Shown: positions 14,603-28,380 of the stretch, one piece after another
Position numbering within the stretch: position 1 is the first letter of the stretch
Layout: each line of letters starts with the position of its first letter
From: the human T2T-CHM13v2.0 reference genome, Homo sapiens
Assembly: GCF_009914755.1 (NCBI RefSeq)
Contig: NC_060925.1
Strand: one strand, 5' to 3'
DNA: 64,000 nucleotides
Translations under genes and position numbers: made by a program
Notes under the pieces: generated by a model
Databases searched by the model: none
What the model saw: the letters and a program-made list of their open reading frames with translations, nothing else
Told to the model about the DNA's origin: nothing

Positions 14603-16047
14603 ATATCATTTTTTACATTTTCATAATGTTGGACTTACTATTTTTTATGGCAATCTGACCCACTACAAAATTCTTCTTGTGGGTAAGCATCTATACTTAA
14701 GATATTTATTTAATTCATATAGAAGGAAAAATTGTACTTCTAGTTAAGATAAATACACGATGGAGACATAGGAGAAGACAGTCATAACCAGGGATAGAAC
14801 ATAGCACTAAGATACTACTCTTTGGTGTTCAATACTTTATATATATACTAATATATTAAATATTATTAATGAAACATTGTTACTGTGGGTTATTAAGGCT
14901 AGATGTTTTCATTTAACTGGATTAAATTTGAAGGAACTATTGGCCCTGACTAAATTAATATAAGACATGAATGTTTGTAGGAAGGTTTTAGGCTTCCTCC
15001 AAGAGGCCTTTTTTTGGAAAAGAACTATCTTGACCACAGATTGCCTGGACTGGAATTGTAAGCACATGGTAGGCTGATGATACAGACTCTACGTGCATTC
15101 ATCACTCATGTTCAAAGATCTACAGCATAATTTTACGTGTTTAATTAATAGCAATGAACATTCCCATCGTGCTGCAAATAAATAGAATACAGTTCATTTA
15201 ATAGATAAATATGATAAATAATAGACCCAGGTGGCATTTGATAACAAGAAAAAAGCCATTCTCTCTGGAAAACAGGAAATGGAATTTAGTTTCTTATTTT
15301 TTTTAAGAAGAACATTGTTTCTACCATCAGTCTCCTGATTTCAGCCAATGATTTCAGCTAATGATCCCCATAGTCTTTCTCTATTTTAAATCATGTTAGT
15401 TTTACATGCTGAGAAAAATTGCTGCATATCCACTAAATTTGTGTGTGGCACTTTATATTTCTATTGTTTAACAATTTAACAACACAGTCCTCAGGGATTA
15501 GGAATCAGTTTCACTCTTCATAGAATTTCTATATTACTATCATTATCCACGGGATAACCTGGAACCTTGGAATATAACCACTTTGTTACTATTACTAAAT
15601 AAATTCATAAAGTCTTTAAGTTAGGTAACCCCACCACTATCCTGCCTTCTTAAGGTGGTATTTTATAAAAGAATTCCTCATTGTGTTGGGAGAGACAACC
15701 TAGTGTAAGAAAAATACTAAGACATTTCCAATTTTGTCTCCCCCTCTACCACTTACAAACAGTGTTACCTTGGTTAAGCGCTTACTGCTCTCAAGTGTTT
15801 TCTTCTGTGCAAACCAGAAGGTAATAAAGCCTGCTCTCATAGTACTTATGATTGGGATAAAACTAAAGAGATATCATACATAAAATAAGTGGCAGATATT
15901 AGATAAAAGAGGATTATACAGTATAAAGCTTGAATGTTCTATTAATTCCGATTATTCTAGAAATGCATGTTAAGTACCTAAGAAAATCGGTTTCACAAAA
16001 TCAAACACTACAAGCTTTATATGATACATTTGTGACACAATGGTAAT

Positions 16048-16329
<282 letters not shown>

Positions 16330-17029
16330 GTAATTTTTAATACTTGTCACAAATCTACTATCTTCCACAAATATATGCAGTTAAATCATGGTCAGTTTTA
16401 GCTAGTTTGGACACAGTTATCAAATTCTTAAATTAAATATGAATTAAAGACTATTGTTCAGGTTTATATGACTAAATCCCCAAGAGGCCTAAGTTTTTGC
16501 AAAATAAATGTAAGTTTTTAAATCCCTCATATGTGAGTTCATAAAATATCTTATTGGTGAATAGTTATAGTCAAAATTAAGTCCATCCTACTAAATATAA
16601 TGTTAAAGAAGACTCTTGAGATTACATTTTCTTCTCTCCTAGGTCATTTTACCACAGACATATATTAATACTAAACAGTATTTAAAAACACTGTTTTTAA
16701 TATTTTTAAAATTTATTTTTGATACATATTTTCTGGGTACATGTGATAAATAATTTGATACGTTCTTATAATCAAATCAGGGTAATTGGGCTGGATCTCT
16801 ATTACAATGTGTTTAATCTTGGAACAGAGATAATTTTAGTTTGATACAAAGTTCTTCATTTTCTCAAATATTGGCTTCTCAATATTTATACACATTTTAA
16901 GAAGTCAATGAAATACAATACTTTCCACCATCTCTAGCTTTAACTCTCCTCACCCTATTTTCCCCATTTTTTCTTTGTATTTGCTTCTATTCTGAAACAG
17001 CAACAGAGCTTATTAAGAAAGGACTCTCG

Positions 17030-17343
<314 letters not shown>

Positions 17344-17435
17344 AGGATTCTCTAAAGGGAGAGTAAATTGGTACTTGCCACTGCAGATTGAGAGTTAAAT
17401 TACAAGAGCCTAACTGTTCGCTACTGGCTGAAGTA

Positions 17436-17512
17436 TTAGGCTGGTGCAAAAGTAATTGTGGTTTCTGCCTTTTTAATGGGCAAAAAACAGAACTACTTTT
17501 GCACCAACCTAG
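17436..17512. mobile_element. MADE1 (Hsmar1-derived MITE)
   Basis: Palindromic ttaggctggtgcaaaagtaattg ... tacttttgcaccaaccta, ~77 bp, preceded by TA. Confidence 0.9.
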
Positions 17513-18309
17513 AAGGGGGAGAAGAATAAAAGCCATGTGGAAATTCTGTCTCCCTGGGTCTTGTGGAGAGGAGGCAATTAGCAGGAATATAAACTCACTA
17601 TAAATTCAGCCCTGTGGAGAAATATAATCTGAGCCCTTACAGCTACTTTAACCTTACTAAACTAATTATAAAGTCCCCAAATGAAGCTCGAAGGGCTATG
17701 AAACCACAAACTCAAAAAGAAATTCCTAATTTCTTTAGAAGCCATCTATCTTCTTCCCTATTACTTATCCAGACTTGATTTTAAAGAGTCGTTTTTCCTC
17801 TCTGAGGCACTTCCATTGAACTCAAAAAAATTTTCAACACAGGTGAGAAATTTTTGGAAATTTAGATTTGAATTATCCTTGTTATATGCTATTATTACCT
17901 ATTAATAATAATGATACCACTTATGGCATCGTAGCACCATGTTAAGAGCTTTACTCACATTAATGTATTTAGCCATCACTACAGCACTATGAGCAGGTAG
18001 CATGATTCTCCCCATTTTACAGAAAAGGAAAGAAGCTTAATGAGCCTAAGCAAGCAATTTGCTTTTAGCCATTCAAATTGAAAGAGTTAAGACTTGAACC
18101 CACATCTGTCAGACTCCAAAACTTCTATTCTTAACCCCAATCTATATGATTTCATGTTTACTTCTGAATGCGATCACTGATAAGCAGAGGGGTGAGACCC
18201 TCAAAGATTCATGAAGTTACTGGCAACCAAGATCCTAATCCTTATCTAATCTTCCCCCAACCTCTGTCATCACTCATATGCACACTTTTTTCTTTTCTTC
18301 TCTTCTTAA

Positions 18310-18641
18310 TGCAATAGACTGAATGTTTTTCCCTTCAAAATTTATATGTTGAAACCTAATCCTCAGTGTAATGATAAGTGGGGCTCGTATAAATGGGATT
18401 AGTGCCCTTATAAAAGAGACCCCAGAGACATAGCTAGTTCCTTCCATTGTGTGATGACACATTGAGAAGGCTCTGCCTATGAACCAGAAAGCAAGCCTTC
18501 AGTAGATACTAAATCTTCTGGTGCTCTAATCTTGGACTTCCCAGGCTCCAGAACTGTGTGAACTGTGAGAAATAAATTTCTGTTGCTTATAAACTACTCA
18601 GTTTATGGTATTTTGTTACAGCAGCCTGAAAAAACTAAGAA
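18310..18641 (+). mobile_element. MLT1A-type MaLR LTR
   Basis: gggattagtgcccttataaaagagac ... ctccagaactgtg...agaaataaatttctgttg...gcagcctga. Confidence 0.8.
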
Positions 18642-18763
18642 AATATATATTGGGAATGGGAATATTTTATTTTATATATTTTAAGGGAATGGGAATATTT
18701 TATTTTATATATATTTAATAAAAATATATACACAATGGAAATGGGAATATTTCATTTTAGTGG

Positions 18764-18830
18764 GAAAGTATGGGAATGGAGATATCATTAAATATTTTAT
18801 GTTTAGTGATATCTCCATTCCCATGCTTTC
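18764..18830. repeat. Inverted repeat with 32-bp arms and a 3-nt loop
   Basis: Arms 18764-18795 and 18799-18830 pair at 29/32 positions by Watson-Crick; the other three are T-G. Confidence 0.95.
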
Positions 18831-18911
18831 AAGGTAACCAACCTGTGTACCTGTATTCTTCCATACGTTTTCCTATGTTCTTACTATTTATCACACTGTT
18901 ATCTATCATAT

Positions 18912-20580
18912 TGAGAGGTGACAACATGCTAGCAGCCCTCGCTTGCTTTTGGCGCCTTCTTGGCCTCAGCGTCCACTCTGGCCGCGCTTGAGGAGCCCTT
19001 CAGCCTGCCCCTGCACTGTGGAAGGCCCTCTCCGTGCTGGCCCAGGAGGGAGCCAGCTCCCTCTGCTTGCGGGGAGGTGTGGAGGGAGAGGCGCAGGCAG
19101 GAACTGGGGCTGCGTGCGGCGCTCGCGAGCGAGCGCGAGTTCCGGGTGGGCACAGGCTTGGCAGTCCCCACACTCCCAGCGGCCCCGGGCAGTGAGGGGC
19201 TTAGCACCCAGGCCAGCAGCTACAGAGGGTGCGCTGGGTCCCGCAGCACTGATGGCCCGCCCGTGCTGCGCTCGAATTCTCGCTGGGCCTCAACCGTCTG
19301 CCCGCAGGGCAGGGCTCCGGACCTGCAGCCCACCATGCCCGACCCCCGCCCCCCACACCCCATGGGCTGCCGCGCGGCCCAAGCCTCCCCAGTGGGGGCT
19401 CCACCTCCTTCTCCGTGGTGCCTGGTCCCATCGACTGCCCAAGGGCTGAGGAGTGCCGGCAAGTGGAGTGGGACTGGCGGGCAGCTCCGACCGTTGCCCC
19501 TGCATGACATCCGCTAGGGGAAGCCAGCTGGGCTCCTGAGTATGGTGGGGACTTGGAGAACTTTATGTCTAGCTGAAGGATTGTACATGCGCCAATCAGC
19601 ACTCTGTGTCTAGCTCCGGGTTTGCGGATGCACCAATCAGCACTCTGTATCTAGCTAATCTGGCGGGGACTTGGAGAACTTTTATGTCTAGCTAGAGGAT
19701 TGTAAATGCACCAATCAGCACTCTGTGTCTAGCTCGGGGTTTCTGGATACACCAATCAGCACTCTGTATCTAGCTAATCTGGCGGGGACTTGGAGAAGTT
19801 TTATGTCTAGCTAGAGGATTGTAAATGCACCAATCAGCACTCTGTGTCTAGCTAAAGGTTTGTAAATGCACCAATCAGTGCTCTGTGTCTAGCTAATCTA
19901 GTGGGGACTTGGAGAACTTTTATGTCTAGCTAGAGGATTGTAAATGGACCAATCAGCACTCAGTGTATAGCTCAGGGATTGTAAATGCACCAATCAGCAC
20001 TCTGTGTCTAGCTCAAGGTTTGTAAACACACCAATCAGCACCCTGTCAAAACAGAGCGATCAGCTCTCTGTAAAATGGACCGATCAGCAGGATGTGGGTG
20101 AAGTCAGAAAAGGGGATAAAAGCAGGCTGCCCGAGCCCACAGGGGCAACTGGCTTGGGTCCCCTTCCACACTGTGGAAGCTTTGTTCTTTCACTCTTTGC
20201 AATAAATCTTGCTGCTGCTAACTCTTTGGGTCTGCACTGCCTTTATGAGCTGTAACACTGTGAAAGTCTGCAGCTTCATTCCCGAGGCCAGCGAGACCAC
20301 GAACCCACCGGGAGGAATGAACAACTCCGGATAGGAGGAACGAACAACTCCAGATGCGCCGCCTTAAGAGCTGTAACACTAACCATGAACGTCTGCAGCT
20401 TCACTCCTTAAGCCAGCAAGATCAGGAACCCACCAGAAGGAAGAAACTGCGAACATGTCCGAACATCAGAAGGAACAAACTCTGGACACACCATCTTTAA
20501 GAACTGTAACACTCACCGCGAGGGTCCGTGGCTTCATTCTTGAAGTCAGTGAGACCAAGAACCCACCAATTCCGGACACA
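18912..20580 (+). mobile_element. Solo LTR12 (ERV9/HERV9 LTR, LTR12D/E-like)
   Basis: Termini TGAGAGGTGAC...CCGGACACA and a 4-bp TSD (ATAT at 18908-18911 and 20581-20584). CpG-rich U3, nine CCAATCAG tandem units at 19590-20040, GATAAAA near 20115, AATAAA at 20201. Confidence 0.96.
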
Positions 20581-21092
20581 ATATGACTATCATACAACTA
20601 TGTACGCTCATATATATAGATTTTCAGGTTAGTTGTTTTCATAAACATTTGTTCATTCTTTAAACATCCTCGGTTTTTTTTCAGGTAAAAATAATTAGGG
20701 AAGTGTGGAGCAGGTAAATAATATTTTATTTCCTTGGTGTTTATTTACAAATTAAAACGACCTTAATTTAAGGTAAATTACTCAAATCATAATCTTATAT
20801 TTCAGAGGTTTCCATACATTGCCATCATATTTTTGATAACAATGATTTTGGAATACTAAGCAGGCCTATACCTGATTTTACTACTAAGAATATAAATCCA
20901 AGTATGGTGGGCTTTCAGAGGAACCTAGCTCTCTGCCAGGCTAAGACAATCATGTTGAAGAATCATGCTCTGGAGGTGACAGAGATCCTTGATGTATCAA
21001 GACTTGCCTTAAATGTTAGGGATCTTCTTTTTAATATCAGGAAAATCAGGTGATACTCATTAGCTTAAGTTGCCTGATTAGTAGTCACTTAC

Positions 21093-21146
21093 CTTTGGAC
21101 CAGGTAATCCAGGTAAACCAGGATTTCCATGTGGCCCTGGTATGCC
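21093..21146 (-). CDS. COL24A1: Collagen XXIV alpha-1, exon 5 (GIPGPHGNPGLPGLPGPK)
   Basis: 54-bp phase-0 Gly-X-Y exon: ttgcag|GGC...AAG|gtaagt. Confidence 0.96.
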
Positions 21147-22077
21147 CTGCAAGTAACGAAAAAAGTCATCATTCTTGGAACATACTGGAATGGAACAAAG
21201 TACAATTGCTTACTTTCCTCTCAACATGTGTGATCCCTTTAAGCACTTGAGTTTTTGCTTATGTTATTATGTATGCCTTAAAGACCTACTTACTTCAGCT
21301 TATGCCCTATACCTACCCAAATTTTTCTTCAGATCTCAACTCATTTTTAAATCCTAGCCACAAGAACATGAAGCAATATCTCTCTCCTACTAATTTCCGT
21401 AGAAATTTCTTCATGTAAAATTCATTTACCAATTAATTGTATATTGCCTCAGGACATTTCTTATACTGTTCTAATCTGTTACTTAAATACTTTATTGCTG
21501 TTCTAACTGCCTTATGACATGTTCTATTTAGCCCCAGGATTATAAATTCTTTGAAAAGAGACTCTTAAAAATATTACTAGTGTAGCACTTAACACATTGA
21601 ATGGTTACACTCGATTAATATTTAGCAATTTGATTTTGCATCACTGATAAATTATATAATCTGAATTCAAAAATTGATTCTATTTTCTGAGTACCTACTA
21701 TGTGCTAGGAACTGTGTTGATGTTTTGTGTTTCTCATTACTAATCCTTATAACAATCCTGCAAGATTATTACTTTTACTCCCATTTAAAAATCCGGAAAC
21801 TTAAGCGCATACAACCAGTAAGTAGAGGAACAGATCACCCTCTCCAAGAAAGCCTTCCATGTCTCCAGGTTCCCTATGCTTACTTCAATTTTGTACCCTA
21901 CTTCTGTGCTCTTCAGCCATACCTCCCTCTTAAGACATAACATATAGTTAATAATTATTTGTCTTTTTAATTCTGAATTAATAGAGCAGAATACTTCAGG
22001 AAGACAGAGGTGTCAGCAATGCAAATATTGAAAATGCATCTAGCAAGATGAAAACTAAAGAAAAAAGATTAAATTTT

Positions 22078-22400
22078 GGCTGGGTGTGGTGGCTTACACC
22101 TGTAATTCTAGCACTTTGGGAGGCCAAGGCAGGAGCATCACTTGAGCTCAGGAGTTTGAGACCAGCCAGGGCAACGCAGCAAGACCTCATCACTACCAAA
22201 AATCAAAAAACTTTGCCAGGCATAGTGGCCCACACCTGTAGTCCCAGCTAATCAGAAAGCTGAGGTGAGAAGATGGCTTCAGCCCTGGAGATCAAGGCTA
22301 CAGTGAGCTATGATACCCATCACTGCACTCCAGCCTGGGTGACAGAGTGAGATCCTGTCTCACAAAAAAAAAAAAAAAAAAAAAAAAAAAGAAAGAAAAA
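22078..22400 (+). mobile_element. AluJ
   Basis: Diverged Alu dimer with J-type features and a long A tail. Confidence 0.88.
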
Positions 22401-23851
22401 AATGGTTAGATGTTATGACTTATGTCATTGGTAACCTTCAAAAAGTACATTTTAATAAAGTAGATGGAAAACATCTATGGGGATTAATGAATAAGTTGCT
22501 GATGTAAAAGTAAGGACAATGGAATATAAATTATTATTTCACAAAGCTCAGTAGTACAAACAACAGTGAGCCAAAACAATAGCTTTAGGAAAAATTAATA
22601 TCAATGAAAGTTTGGGATTTATAAAAGAGGGATAACTTGTTGGTTGTTGCCAAATAATATAAAATTTAGGGAGAGAAAAAATGTAAAGTTGCAAATTTTA
22701 AGTTAGATAAGGTGAAATTAGGAACACAAGTAAAATAACTAGCCTTGAGCAAAACACTCTTTCTTCCTTAAGAGAATGAGAATTGGACAAATAAATGGAA
22801 GATAAAAAGTGAATTAGGGAAGATAAAAGTAAAAAAGTAAACTGCCGTATTATGAGAACAGATGGAGATTCTGAACCTGAAGTTCATGCTGTTGAGAGTA
22901 CAACCTTAGCAGTGGATAGGGAATAGAATTAGTATGAAAATTGGCCCAGTTTCTCAGAAAAATAGGATCCAAATTCTCACAGAGAGGTAGGAGGATGGGA
23001 ATGGTTCATGGGCTAGAGGAGAACGAGCAAGGTTTAGAAGGGGCTATGGAAGAAATGTGATAGGTCATCAACTACAGAGAATTTTTTTTAATGCAAAACA
23101 GCTAGAGCCCAATGAGAATTCATCTTAGGCCTCAAATGGACAAGAGTTTGATGTGACTATGGACAACTTAAAGTAATATTTTAGAGTAATTTTTCTTTAT
23201 AATCTTTGTATGTTAAATAAAAATCAGAATAAAAATAAAGTGGATTATATAAAAGGTATTTGCATTTGTCATACAATTCTTTTTCTAGCTCATTGAACAA
23301 AGATGTTTTGTAGTAAAATATCCACACTTTTTTTAGGTTTGAGAGAAACTAATTTTAACATAGCAATAAGTCTTTTGTTGGGCCTGTGTAACATGAAAAA
23401 CTACTGCTGATCTTTAATGCAGCTTTTTTCCTCAGGGCAGTTATTTTCTAGTCAATAGCTTCAGAATTTTCCACTATGTAATCCAGGAATGTACTATTTT
23501 AAGGCAGCCCACCCCTCTTCATTTCCCCAAACAAATGAATCTCACCTTAGATATTGCGATCACTTTATAAGTAAGAATAATGTTACAAGTAGCACCAGAA
23601 CAGCCACTAATTTACACATTTGATCATCTTTGTTGGACACGTTGACAGAGAATGCTTTGGCTGTGTGTTTACACTCAAAATAAACTAGGCTGCATGTGTT
23701 CTTAAGCTTCTCTTGAATTGGCTAAGGTAGGACTAAGTTTGAAGATCCAGGCAGGTTTCCAAAGGAAGTACATACTGTACAATACTAGAAAAAACATGTT
23801 AGAAAGTTACAAATTCTCACTGCCAGCAGGAAATATAGCCCATCTACTTAC

Positions 23852-23905
23852 CCGTGGACCTCTCTTCCCTGACGGACCTGGGATACCTGCTGGACCAGGT
23901 GGACC
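23852..23905 (-). CDS. COL24A1: Collagen XXIV alpha-1, exon 4 (GPPGPAGIPGPSGKRGPR)
   Basis: 54-bp phase-0 Gly-X-Y exon: ttttccaag|GGT...CGG|gtaagt (AAG acceptor). Confidence 0.96.
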
Positions 23906-25714
23906 CTTGGAAAACAAATGTCAAGACATTAGGCATGATAGTGGACACATTTATTTTCTTACGAGTCTGAATAAGATTTCCACCCAAAGACAACTCTTTT
24001 TCAGTCCCCAGTTCCCAGCTGGTGATGATTTTTAAGTAACACGAACCCCCTTACCCTAATCAGCAGGGGTGAGTTGAAACTCAAGTGTCCCCTTTAATCT
24101 GGCCAGAAATGGCAGCAGGAAGTCTATGACTTATGGTTACAGCCACCGTATCTGGTTTTTAAAGGGACCACAACTAGTAGTTTTGTGGGTAATTTTTTAC
24201 CTAAATTTACTTTTACTATGGAAGAAGGAATTCAATTTAGGGTTTGGCGACCAACAACTACAAGTTTTTTTCAAACACAATTCAGAAGAAGATTTGCTTT
24301 GAAAAATGAAAACACTGGCCATTTTATGTACTTTTAAAAGAATTATACCAAGGATCTGTGTAATGTGTTAAACTGTTATAATGAAATCCTTCTTGTATAT
24401 CCATTAATAAATCTGACTTATACCAATTGCAGCACACCAGGAAGTCACTAATAGAGTTAAATGATTTATAAAATAAAGTATGAAAGCAAAAACTGATCAA
24501 TTGTTACAGTGTTCTGAGTTATTTAAATGTTAATTTTTAAACATATCAAATAAGAAATAGGACACTACTTCTTTACTTCTCCATATAATGTTTTATGTTG
24601 TCTTCTTCACTTACTTTAACAATCAACTGTGGAATAATAAATGCTCATTTGTGATATGGTTGAACACATATTCATTCATTCATCTGTTCATTCATTCAAT
24701 TGTTACTGAGCACTCTGTGATATGGCATTGTTCTTGGTGTCTATAGAGCATACCATACACATATTCCACTTAACAAATATTCATTCATTATTGCAGTAAA
24801 AATAGTACACGATTTCAAATTAGACACATCAGGGTTAAAATACTAGCCTCACCAGTAACAAGCACTGTGACCTAATGTGCTTTATTTTTCTTTATTGTAA
24901 AATTTTTATATATCTATGCTGATTGCACATAAAATAAAGAGATGAATCCAGGTTAAATCATATGTACTTTCCAATATGTGACAGTTTTTTAACCTACAAT
25001 TTCATAATTTCATACAGTTTAATCTGCAGCATGGCCAGGTACACCTAAAATGTACATTGAGTTTCAAAGGAGGAGACGGAAAATGGATTGATGGGAAAGG
25101 ATCATTCCAATTCAAAAACACAAGAGGGAAATGAGTAAATTATGTTGAAAAAAATAACAGTTATTTTGCATATTTCTCATCTCACATTTTTTGATATTAA
25201 CTACTCCTTGAAACTTTCTCTTTTATTAGAGTCATTTGCAGTTTTCTGATATTCATTAGATATTTCAGACTGTCCATGTTTTTCCTTTAGTTGCATTTTT
25301 TTCTCTTACCCCCTAAATTTATAAAACTTTTCATGTATTTCCTAATATTGAGAGAGAAATGCTATTTCTATTCAGCCCCTAACTGAGGGCATTCTCCTTC
25401 CTCAGCTGTTCAAATATTTTAGCAGCCATTATCATATCACTAGCTTCCATCAAATCTTGATAATATTTTACTCATTGTCAAGAAAAATTGACTTTCTTTT
25501 CAAGTTAATTCTGGTCCTGTTGTTACAATTAAAAATTTAGCAGCTGTTGATTTGAATTTATGTCCCCAAAAATAAGAGCCAGTAGGAGAAATCGCAACTA
25601 AAATGAAAAAGAAAATGAAAAGTTTTCTTTAAAAATGTCTAGTTTGGTTTAGTGTCCTGTCTCACTACTTGTGACAAAAGAAAACACTATTCCATTCACA
25701 TTGGAAAGGCAGTT

Positions 25715-26055
25715 TGCTATGGCTTGCGTTTGTGTCCTCCCAAAATTCGTATGTTGAAATCCTAAACAAAGTGATGGTAGTAGGAGATGGGGACTTTGGG
25801 AGGTGATGGGTCAGGGATTAGTGTCCTGTAAAAGAGGCATAAGGGAGTTAGTTCATTTTCCTCTTCCACCATGTGAGGACACAGCACGAAGGTGCCATCT
25901 ATAAACCAGAAACAGGCCCTGGCCAACTACCAAACATGCCAGCACTTTGATCTTCAACTTCCCAGCTTCCAGAACTGTGAGAAATAAATTTCTATAGTGT
26001 ATAAGCCTCCTAGTTTATGGCATTTTGTTACAGCAGCCTGAACTAACTAAGATGC
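25715..26055 (+). mobile_element. MLT1A-type MaLR LTR
   Basis: tgctatggcttgcgtttgtgtcc...ccagaactgtgagaaataaatttc...cagcagcctgaactaactaaga. Confidence 0.8.
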
Positions 26056-26591
26056 AATTAACATTAGATACTGGGGGGAAAAGAAGGTATAGTTTATGTC
26101 ATGATATAAATATTTGAATTGTTTGATAAGCACTAAATTAAAATCAATTCTCACATGTCTTCATAATTTTGTGGTTTCAAAATCTTTTACAACATAGTAT
26201 TAATAGGCATTTTCTAGATACCAGAGAAGAATCATAATTTTTATAGCATGACATTTTTGAGAATAAATTATTTTCTATAAATAAGGTTAAGTACTAAAAA
26301 AGGCACTTTAACTTTCAGATTATTTGTTATTAAGAGAAAGTACAATTCCATTTAAAAAGTAATGGTTTTGCAATCATACAATGTAGATTCAAATCATGCC
26401 TCAATCATTTACTAGCTGAATAACCTTAGACAAGTCAGTTACTCTTTCTAAGCCTTAGTTTCCTCACCTTTAAAATATTGATGATAGAAATTTACCTTTC
26501 AGGGTTATTGTGAGTATTAAAGCTATTGTATATAAAATACCTGTCACTGTGCTTGGCAGTGATAGTAGTTAACCAGTAAACAGTAGTCTAA

Positions 26592-26894
<303 letters not shown>

Positions 26895-28380
26895 AATTAA
26901 CTTTTTTAAGGTATGCATAAGGCACAGCAATCACTGAGTAAATGTTAGATATTATTATTACTAGGATAATATATACATTAAGGTAAATCTATTCAATAGT
27001 CCAATACTTCTAAAAGATAATAATCCCTGGTCAGTTAATGTTGGAAATCCTGCATCTTACATTCCTTTTTTAATTTATTCATTCACTCACTCAATAAATA
27101 TTATAAAGCATCAAGCCCTCCTGGAGTTTGCAGTCTAGATAAAAAGACATACATTAACAGATAAATACATAATTACAAATTTTACTTAGTGACATGGAGG
27201 AAAAGAAAAGGCAACCAAGAAAGAGGTTAATATGGTGGACCTAATTTATATTGTGATGTCAGAGAAGGCTTTTCTGAAGAAGTATTTAGTTAGACCTAAA
27301 AGATTAATGGGAGCTAGAAAAAAGAAGAAAATAAAATTTCAGAAGATAGGAATAAATGAATGAGGCCATGAGTACAACAAAACAAAACTAATAAAAGACA
27401 CAGTCATTTTGAGGAATTAAAAGAAAAACTAATAGAGCAAGGGGAAAAGTGGGGCAAGAGGCAGTTGCAGAGGTAAGCAGGGGCCATATCACATACCTGC
27501 ACAGGTCAGGATACAGAGTTTGAGTTTAAGTGCTATAACCTTTTTCCACTGAAGAACTTAAGCTGATAAACAATGTTATCTGATTCATCTTTTTAAAAGA
27601 ACACTAGAGAATTTTGGTAAAAGATGTCAGAGTGAGAACATTTTGCAGACTACTCTCCCTCCCTCAAAACCAGCTGTAAACAACAAAAAGCACCAAAAGA
27701 AGAAAACATCATCTCCAGTGAAAAACGAAAGGATCATAACCACAAACCACAAAATATGAAGATTACCTGCCCAATACTGAGAAACTTTGGAGCGAAGGTG
27801 TTGAGAGATAACCAAATCCAAAAAACTCCTCAGACCTCAAACCTTGGATACATATTAGTCTTGAAAATCCACTTTTTTTGATTATGATAAGGTTTAAGGG
27901 AATGTGCAAGCCACAGGAAATATGATTCATGACCCAGTAAAAACCCAACTTCAAAGAGACAAGAGTAGAAAAGGTGGAGCTGAAGAAGAACATACCTTTT
28001 TTATGTTCTACAACCAGAATCCTCTCTGGTGAGAGGGGACAAAAGACAAGAAGAGCACAAATCCCCCTATCACTTCTGAGAGAGCCTGTGATACAAAGGG
28101 TTTCGCAACAAATTGTGCATGAACATGAGACGACACATGCCTCTGGGTAGAAGACAAAACAAATATGGTAAGATGGTGTTTTAGGCAGCAATCTAAATTT
28201 GACTCTGTGTACCATTCCACCTTACTTCCCTATGCCTCTCCATATACCATTCTGAAACAAATCACCAAGATACAGTTGCCTTTATTTTAAAAATGAATAA
28301 TAACCAGAGAGCAATCAGTAGAGGATTTATAAATAGATATTTGGAGGAGGGGAAAAGTGAGAGGACAGGAAAATAAATTT

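Noticed and set aside
18929-19602. Several 90-185 aa ORFs on both strands
   Set aside because: They lie in the GC-rich U3 of LTR12, where stop codons are rare.
19540-20040. Regularly spaced repeats superficially like a CRISPR array
   Set aside because: These are the known LTR12 CCAAT tandem units. The intervening sequences are themselves repeated, and the context is eukaryotic.
23718-24035. Plus-strand 105-aa ORF with GPG-like repeats
   Set aside because: Antisense shadow of collagen exon 4; the splice signals are on the minus strand.
27763-28215. 150-aa minus-strand ORF
   Set aside because: Lies in degenerate repeat-like intronic sequence, has no recognisable domain and starts at a non-ATG codon.
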